Shown one piece after another: positions 55,536 through 64,000 of a stretch of DNA of 64,000 nucleotides. Under the pieces are notes generated by a model. The model made no database searches and was not told the origin of the DNA. It saw only the letters and a list, made by a program, of their open reading frames with translations. The translations under genes were made by a program, and so were the position numbers. Numbering within the stretch: the first letter of the stretch is position 1; every line of letters begins with the position of its first letter. This DNA comes from Octopus bimaculoides (Eukaryota), in NCBI RefSeq assembly GCF_001194135.2, contig NC_068992.1, forward strand, positions 13,893,037 through 13,957,036. The letters are read 5' to 3'.

Positions 55536-55753
55536 AGATTTTACACCTTATAAGTATGACCAGAAAAAGATCCATAGCACTTAACTATAGCTGAGTAAGT
55601 GCTATAGTTAAGCTCCATGTTCGGTGATTATGCGAATGAGGAGCCTAACGTAGGTCATATATCAGCATGTGTATATATATATTAAAAAAAAAATTTTCAG
55701 AATGAAATAAAAATCCAAGGCTGTCAAATATTTTAGAACATTTATAAATAAGA

Positions 55754-55803
55754 TGTCTTACAGCTGTTTCCGGGATATTTTATATATCTCTTCATCGGAG
55801 ACC
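55754..55803 (-). ncRNA. Degenerate type I hammerhead ribozyme
   Basis: Minus strand GGTCT-CCGATGA-AGAGATATATAAAATATCCCG-GAAA-CAGCT-GTA-AGACA: U4C core change, stem II and stem I mismatches. Confidence 0.55.
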
Positions 55804-55956
55804 GTGTGAGAAAATGGTTAAGCAATAGCTATTTTAGATAAGATATGAAATAGAGAGTGAAGTGGAGGCATATCTCACGTCTGTTTTCATTCCTCCACTT
55901 CACTCTCTATTTCATACCTTATCTAAAATATCTATTGCTTAACCATTTTCTCACAC

Positions 55957-56007
55957 GGTCTCTGATGAAGGGATATATATACATATCCCGGAAACAGCTG
56001 TAAGACC
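55957..56007 (+). ncRNA. Type I hammerhead ribozyme (minimal, palindromic helix III)
   Basis: Stem I GGTCT (55957-55961) pairs with AGACC (56003-56007). Core CTGATGA at 55962-55968. Stem II GGGATAT/ATATCCC with loop ATATAC and an A.G closing pair. GAAA at 55991-55994; helix III ACAGCTGT; cleavage triplet GTA at 56000-56002. Confidence 0.8.
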
Positions 56008-56966
56008 TTCTATTTATAAATATTCTAAAATCTTTCACAGCCTTGGATTTTTATCTAATTCTGAAAATTTATATATATATATATATATAAATATATATAT
56101 ACGGCACACACAAATGCAAGCACACACATATATGTACATACATACTACACGCAAATACATAGACACGTGTAAATTCATGAAGGTGCGTTTCTCAGTGTAT
56201 TTTATGCCGCGGAGAAAACACCATGGAAAGTTATTCCTTGAACAGCAATCGCCGCACGAAACTCAGTTAAGAACACCACTTCTTTAAATTAACGACATAA
56301 ACGTAATTTCTATATGATAATGATTGTTCATTCTTGTATGTTAGGAATATCTGCTCAAGGATTATCTGTGTTATGATCACATGAGTAGATTTATTTCCAA
56401 ATAATTAATTCAATAATCGGAAGATCTTTGGGAAATATTAAGGAAATAATTAGCAAATCTTTCTATGATTTAATATGGATTCCTGAAAAGAATCTAATGA
56501 ATTAATTAGGATTCGTTGGTTTCATATCTTGCCTATCGTTTAACTTCCGGTATATTTCCTAGATGTCGTCACATGCGACCGGCTATATTGTTATACATGG
56601 AATTACGTTCGGTAACAGTCACCCAATACCCGCTGATGCGTGTGTGCAGCCACGCGAATGCTATACTGCACGTAATATTCTATTTATACTGCATAGCGAT
56701 ACGGATGCCTGACTTCGATAACCGGATCGCGCACTGCAAAAGCGATGCATTATAAACGCATCTTAACCATGATACATATAAATACATTCATATATACATA
56801 TGTATATATACACGTGTGATTGTGTATCTGGGAATGTATCACACATATATGTGTATGTGTGTGGGGGCGTGAGTATACACACATGTTTATGTGTCTATAT
56901 ATGAATACACACACACACACACGCACAGATATATGTATATATATATCTGTGTGTGTGTGTGTGTGT

Positions 56967-57032
<66 letters not shown>

Positions 57033-57734
57033 CTTTGTCTGTGTCTCTGTGTGTGTGGAAAATGACAGATAACTGAATGTCCCGGTTTCATGAGTTTTGA
57101 TCCACGGCTGACTAGAAATTTTGTGTCTTGAGAACTTTGACTGGACAGAGAAAATGGACGATAGGAAGAAAACAACATACGCATACGTAAATAACTTTCT
57201 CAAATATATATTCAAGCAATGTAAGGCAAGCATCATCTCACAAAAATTGTCAGCTGAAAGGTATAAAAATAAAGGCTAATAAACACAGGAAGATTACGAA
57301 TGATTCAAGCGACACCAGCAAGAAAACACATCTGTAACAAGAGAATACGTCTGCAGCAACGTTATATAATATAACAGCAGATCGAATGGTAAAATTTGAA
57401 TCCTGAAGATCGTGAATCACATATACTATGCAACATATATTGAGCACCCCTCACTCAGTTGTTAGGCTGAACTGGAAGTCATAGACAAGCGAGATAACTC
57501 GCATCAGGTTACATTTAGGAACGACGGAAATCGATGTTTCGTCGTTATTGTTACTTCTCAGCTACGTACCCGAACAAGACTCGATGTATACGCCGGTTGG
57601 CAGCGGTTTGTTCTTCGCTCTTAACTTAAAGATTTCTTCGACATGATTTTGTGTTGTTCAACATAATTCTCCACATTCTTCTGTTATTTACCAACCAATA
57701 TCCTCATGTCCTCTTTTCCACTCCAAATCAGCTC

Positions 57735-57860
57735 GACCAAATGGAAATAAAATGTCACGCTCAAGAATACAACAAAGAGTCCGGTCCAGAAATCGAACTC
57801 GGTATCTCATGATTGCAAGCTCAACGCTCTTACCACTCAGCTATGCACTTTCACTATGCT
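57735..57860 (-). mobile_element. Degenerate SINE-C 5' part
   Basis: gctcaagaatacaac...ccggtccagaaatcgaactc...cttaccactcagctatgcac. Confidence 0.6.
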
Positions 57861-58356
57861 AAGGAAGACACGTGTTAAATCGAATATCACAACGATTCTA
57901 GGGCTTCCGAAGAATCTCACAAGTTAAATGTTATATTGCACACCATTGTTGATTCTTCAGGATTATACGAAAAATATACAACATCTTTAAAATTTTTTGA
58001 GCATAATTTTACGAATGATTTTACAAACACAAATGAGGGCTGCTAGTTGACGGAGATATTTCACGAATACACATGAGAAAATATCTAGTGCTTCAGCAGC
58101 CTATTACTGGAAGTTGTAAATACTCTTCATGTCTATTTAAATCGAAATGGAATGAAATAATGAATCGAAATTAACACTTCAAAACCAGGATAAGATCTAT
58201 CGACGATTTGCTCATTTTAGTCTCAGACTTAAAATGAAAAGCACTGGAGACTGTCAAAATCATACAAGGAACCTCAATATGCATATGTGTAATTGCACAC
58301 ACGCACGCATACACACACACACAAATATACATACATATGCAAATACATAGACAGAC

Positions 58357-58393
<37 letters not shown>

Positions 58394-58430
58394 NNNNNNN
58401 NNNGATAGATAGATAGATAGATAGATAGAC

Positions 58431-58513
<83 letters not shown>

Positions 58514-59060
58514 GAGATAGATAAGTTGCCGTAAATGATAATTGTAAAAACCAATACTAATTGTTACATAAAATTCATTATCAAAAGTGTATTTGAGTTA
58601 CCCCAGTTGAGTTACCTCAATTATTGTATTTTAATTACATAGATTTAAGTTCATTGGATTTGCATTCAACAATCTGAGGAGAGAATATGGCTGTCATTTA
58701 ATTAACGGTTGTAACCGTCTGTACTTTGGTTTAAGTGCTTTAATAATATTTCTTAGAAAGTTCTTGATCATCACAGTTACCACTGCTTTTATTTTTATTT
58801 TTGGAGTTATAGTTATTTCTGCCACCTCCTAATATTACTTCTCTTAACTCGGTGTGTAATTTATATAATGGTAATTTCACTCATGGTTTGTTTATTTATA
58901 TCGATGCATCACGAGTATTTCTATACTTTACATTTTCTTTTCTACGCCGTCTCCCTACTCAGTGAGAATCATAAAGATTGTTGACATTCGACTGACTTTT
59001 GCAAATAATTTGTTATTATTTAGAGAAAATAACATGAGAAATACTGTTGTCAAAATATAC

Positions 59061-59162
59061 CTGATGGGTGTCTTTGATTGTATTTCCTTGATGAGACGTT
59101 GCCTTTTTTAATGGCTATTGGCAAATGATATCCATAACAACTAATATACATAATCTTGTTAC
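59061..59162 (-). CDS. Candidate 102-nt internal exon (R-NKIMYISCYGYHLPIAIKKGNVSSRKYNQRHPS)
   Basis: Acceptor ttacttcccag|GT, donor CAG|gtatat, phase 1 to phase 1, no stop; in frame with the 60123 donor. Confidence 0.4.
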
Positions 59163-59292
59163 CTGGGAAGTAACAATCCTTTTCTGGTATGTCACCCATA
59201 CTTATCGACTAGAAATGCTCTTTTAATCATGGGTGATATTTCTGATCAAGAGTTTGTTAAAAACTTTACAAGCATGAATCTTCGCTTACATA

Positions 59293-59467
59293 CACGAGTC
59301 GGGTGCTGAATAGTTCCTGGCTCTGGGTAAAAGAAAATACAGGAAGATCGGTTAATTATGCTTTTATTCAACTAATTCCCTTCTCAGAAAAACACAATAT
59401 TGCAGCGGTTCTTCAGTTTTTCTCTGTAAAAGAACTCGGAATGTTGGGCCTCCAACCAGGCCTTTCG
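59293..59467 (-). mobile_element. Mariner right-end fragment (same family as 31746-31912)
   Basis: gggtgctgaatagttcctggctctgggtaaaagaaaatacagg...ttcagtttttct...gggcctccaacca. Confidence 0.8.
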
Positions 59468-59795
59468 TGACATATATATACATGCAAATATGCATACAAG
59501 TATATATACATAAATACATACATACATACATACATACATACATACATAATACATATATAGAGAAATACGTACATATATACATATATANNNNNNNNNNNNN
59601 NNNNNNNNNNNNNNNNNNNNNNNNNNNNNNNNNNNNNNNNNNNNNNNNNNNNNNNNNNNNNNNNNNNNNNNNNNNNNNNNNNNNNNNNNNNNNNNNNNNN
59701 NNNNNNNNNNNNNNNNNNNNNNNNNNNNNNNNNNNNNNNNNNNNNNNNNNNNNNNNNNNNNNNNNNNNNNNNNNNNNNNNNNNNNNNNNNNNNNN

Positions 59796-59836
<41 letters not shown>

Positions 59837-60034
59837 TTGTATATGTATATATAGTCTGATGGATTTTACGTTGATTATTTAATTTTTCGGGATTTAATAA
59901 CCAAGTTGAAGTCCACGACAATGGATTTGAGATGTCTCATCGAATGTACTTTTTCCATTGTATTTCATTCGCTTGTTCGTCATTTATACTAACATTGTTG
60001 CATTCTCCTTTTTTTTTCTTCATTCACACTTGTT

Positions 60035-60106
60035 TTAAATACGTACTTAAATACGTACTTAAATACGTACTTAAATACGTACTTAAATACGTACTTAAAT
60101 ACGTAC
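60035..60106. repeat. Perfect 12-bp minisatellite (TTAAATACGTAC)x6
   Basis: Six identical units, no spacers. Confidence 0.95.
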
Positions 60107-60122
60107 CACACCAACGACTAAC

Positions 60123-60757
60123 GTAAATAATAATTTCTTGCATAAAAATTATAGACATGTCTCAATATTCTGTGTATCGAAGAGATGAATCGTTTCTTCC
60201 GACTAGCCACACTAACGTAATGGCCACTGGGAAGATTAACACCGTCGGGGTTGCACTGGCTGTCGGCGTTGTGTTCATTGTTCTCCACTATGATTGTGTT
60301 GTGATTGATGAGGTAATGCAAACTGCTAGCTCCTGGAAACAAAGATTCTTTTGGATCTCTGTATTTGACTCCTAAAGTCGTGATGTCTCCTCCTCCATTT
60401 CTGGCGTGTCCTGTTATGAGTTTTGGTAGTTTCGTTGTGGTCGATGCTGCTATTGGAGATGGCGGTAAGGACGGATACGATGATGGTGATAACGATGACG
60501 ATAGTGCTTTTGCCGTTGTTGTTGTTGTTGTTGTTATTGCTGGTGTTGGTGGTGGCGTTGGGGGTGGTGTTGGTGTTGGTGTTGGTGTTGGTGTTGGCTG
60601 TGGTGGCGATTCTGTTGCTGTTGCTGTTGCTGTATCTGAAATTGTCATCGATGGTAACAGGGAAGACGAAACTGATGATGGCGATGATGATGACGAGGAT
60701 GATACTGACGATGATAATGAAGAGCAGAAGAGGAATGGTGATTGTGATGTTGTGGAC

Positions 60758-60801
<44 letters not shown>

Positions 60802-60863
60802 CGATGATGACGATAGTAATAATGGTAATGATGATGATAAAGACGACGAGGACAACGATGACA

Positions 60864-60924
<61 letters not shown>

Positions 60925-61155
60925 TGATGACGATGATACTGAAGATGCTAACAGAGATATTGATGACGGGGAAGATGAGCAAGAGGAGAAATGCGAGGTA
61001 GAACTGGAGGACGAGGAAAGGAAAGACGAAGAGGAAGAGGAAGATGGCAGACGACCAATGGGATGCTTTCCGAAACCGTTGCTGAAATTTCTCTTGCAAT
61101 GTTTTGATCCATTAGTTGCCAGATAACTCGAACGATGCGTTAACAATTCCATCAT
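60123..61155 (-). CDS. Candidate large exon: Ser-rich and Pro/Thr-rich low-complexity region, unique C-terminal part with RKKR
   Basis: Frame open 61218-60121 (366 codons), including about 110 non-repetitive codons. ATG at 61155; mixed TCN/AGT Ser codons; donor C|GTTAGT immediately before the in-frame TAG. Confidence 0.45.
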
Positions 61156-61670
61156 GCTTACAAAAACATACACACAGCATACTCTGGTAAATCCGTATAA
61201 AGTTGAGATGATCCAGTACTATTAGATTCCTTTTCATTCGGTACGGTTCCATTTACTACCAGTTTCTTTCTTTCTTTCTACCGATTATACCTTTAACAAA
61301 ATCCGATTTAACATCATTTTTTTCATTGTTCTTTTTCTTTCTTTCTATCTTGCTTTCCGAATGTTCAAGATTTGTACAAGGCGGTTTTGAGTATTATGAA
61401 GATATATATAATTATGTATTAATAGTTATGAATATGTCAACATCTCTCCGTTGCAATGTAAACAGGAGAAGTTATGCAGACGCTCAGTAGAAAGAAATCG
61501 AGACGAAAAGAATGAAATCACTGCAGACGGCGTTCAGCTGATATAAACTTCAGTTAAGTGACAAACGTTTGAATCGCAAAACCAAAGATCACATTATTTT
61601 ATCAAGACGTTTCCTTCGCATTCTTTTGTAAGGTATGTATATGTATTTGTATCAAAGTATGTAAATGAAT

Positions 61671-61711
<41 letters not shown>

Positions 61712-61724
61712 CACACACATATAC

Positions 61725-61900
61725 GCTGTCTGTGTGGTATGAAGCTTGCTTCCCAACCACATGGTTCCGGGTTCAGTCCCACTGCGCGGCACCTCGAGCA
61801 AGTGTCTTCTATTGTAGCTCTTCTACTATAGCCCCGGGCCGAGGACCGATCAAAGCCTTGTGAGTGGATTTGGTAGATGGAAACTGAAAGAAGCCCGTCG

Positions 61901-61932
<32 letters not shown>

Positions 61933-61935
61933 CGC

Positions 61936-61981
<46 letters not shown>

Positions 61982-62200
61982 CTGTGTGTGTTTGTGTGTC
62001 TGTGATTATCCCCCCACCATCGCTTGACAACAGACGTTGGTGTGTTTTCATCCCCGTAACTTAACAGTTCGAGAAAAGATACCGACAAATTAAGTACTAA
62101 ACCTACAAAAAATTAGGTCCTGGGGTCGATTTGTTCGACTAAAGGCGGCGCTCCAGCCTGGCTGCAGTCAAATGACTGAAACAAATAAAAGAATAAGAGA
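61725..62200 (+). mobile_element. Complete SINE-B (head, (AT)/(GT)n, 3' half)
   Basis: All modules in order; small internal duplication of tcttcta.t.tagc at about 61806-61832. Confidence 0.88.
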
Positions 62201-63884
62201 CTATATATAAGATAATAAGCATTGTTATTTTTTCTTGAAGTATAAGTTTGAATGCTGAGTGAAAGGAGAGGAGTCCCAACTAGATAACATCTTCAATCAG
62301 TTTAAATGCACCAACTCCTATATCCAAGTGGCTAAACAGTGTCGGCAGAAGGGCAACCATGTGTCATGACCTGGATGCATTTCGTCCGTCTTGCTAACGA
62401 TTCTGCCAGCTCGCTGCCTTATATATATGAATATCAACAAGTACAAATTGTTGTAATGTAATAAGCGAACACTATAAACTATAAATACCACTAAAATACT
62501 CATATTACTTATCTAACGTGTTATTCATTATCTCTTATGCGTGATCTTCCCATAGTATCACCACTTTTTTTTTCATTATTCAACATGAAATGAAACGGAA
62601 GCAAATATTGTATTTTCCGTCTCCATTTTCTTGCACATATACAGTTTCTAATACATTTATTTTTGCTGAACCTTTAACAAACAAGTCTCATTTTGTTTAT
62701 AATCTATATATTTTTGGTATCTACCTCCTATCGTTATCACATTCTTCGTCTACTTCTTTCCTTTCTGTTATTATTTATGTTTTCTATCTTAGATGAAATC
62801 TAAATACAGCTTCATGAGATAGTGTTAATCATTTATCTTTCTTAGCTACATACTGCATTTACTCTATCACATTTACAAATATATACTTTTATTATAGTTT
62901 GTTTTTGTTTTTTTAAGTTGAAGGTATAGATATTCTGGAAGTATACTGCACCATATTTCCTTGACATCAGGAAGAAAATATTAGATTTACTGCTACACAA
63001 ATTAACTCTCCCCCCCCCNNNNNNNNNNCCCCCGTTTTATTTGAAATTTAAGGTGCTGGAAAAGAACAAACACACTTTTAGGTCTATCTTAGCTCAGATT
63101 ATCAAGTAAATCATATAATATCATTTAGTATTTAACTTGTTAGATTTTATTTTTATTTTCCTCCTCTCCATCTTTTGGGAAGACTATCTTTTGGGAAGAT
63201 GGAGGCTTTTGTATGGAAGCAATTACATAAGAAGACTCCACTCTGAGCTACAGTTGATTTATCAATATAATATATATTGTCAAGGTACTTATTATCAACA
63301 TAATGGGAGAAAATCATACCTGGAATGTCATGAATAATTTGTGCAAATGTAAAAAATAAGTAAACGGAGTTCTTCCATTACATAAAGCACAATTGGACAA
63401 TGTTTTGGACTGAAAGATGCATTACACAACCGGTTGAAAAGGCCTCTTCACGAGTCAATGAGTTGACGTCTTGGTGGTCACTGGAGCTCGCTTGAAACGG
63501 CAGCTCAGTATGCCTCACGTCACAACCAACACTCTTAAAAAGTAGGCAGACATATTGGATATTGTGGCTCTTGATACACTGTCGCTAAAGCATAAAGTAG
63601 GTTTTCATCATATGCCTAATTTACTAACTTCGTTTTGGGGTTAAACAATTATAAAAGCATTAACAGTGTCAGCAACAAAAACAATCCTCATCAGGAACCC
63701 ATTTAATAGCTGATTGCTAAAGATAATAGAATCTTCGAAAATGTTTCTGGTGGAAATTAAGGAATAGGTTGAATCCGAAATCACTCTATAATTAAGTTCA
63801 GACAGAGAGTTTAGAATTGGTACTATGCTTAAAAGGTCAAGCAGTCGTTTACAAAAGAATTCAATAATGCTATGTCAACATTCT

Positions 63885-63916
<32 letters not shown>

Positions 63917-64000
63917 GCAGAGAGAGACAGACAGATAGACGGAGACAGAGAAATAAGAAAATGGAGATAAATCAATTAATAAGTATATTTATTAACTGCA

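Larger units (their letters stand above)
55692..56070. mobile_element. Foldback element (about 178-bp arms, 23-nt spacer) carrying hammerhead motifs; probably derived from a Penelope-like terminal repeat
   Basis: Arm 55692-55868 is the imperfect reverse complement of 55892-56070; flanked by A/(AT)n tracts. Confidence 0.85.

Noticed and set aside
57570-57645. Minus-strand IFKLRAKNKPLPTGVYIESCS with donor G|GTACGT (faintly like FGF strands 4-5 or a GIY motif)
   Set aside because: No usable polypyrimidine acceptor in phase 1, and the adjacent sequence looks like a decayed LINE 3' end.
60035-60106. CRISPR-like array
   Set aside because: Contiguous identical units without spacers in a eukaryotic context; it is a minisatellite.

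Overview
Eukaryotic, AT-rich, microsatellite-saturated draft scaffold with about 20 N-gaps, most flanked by (AT)n/(GT)n/(GATA)n. The repeat families and microsatellite style resemble an octopus/coleoid cephalopod genome (inference). Almost all ORFs in the supplied track are microsatellite or N-gap artefacts. Supported content: (1) at least four tRNA-head SINE families, here called A-D, several with clear target-site duplications, nesting and multimers; (2) decayed Tc1/mariner, CR1-type, R4/Dong-type, HERO-type and Penelope-like (GIY-YIG) elements; (3) a diverged 5S rRNA copy lying directly upstream of a SINE; (4) two long foldback elements; (5) two unidentified candidate spliced genes pointing towards each other (plus-strand last exons at about 19.7-34.2 kb; minus-strand Ser/Thr/Pro-rich exon plus a phase-compatible next exon at about 59-61 kb). 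The most striking feature is a 379-bp foldback at 55692-56070. Each arm carries a type I hammerhead ribozyme motif, near-canonical on the + strand and mutated on the - strand.
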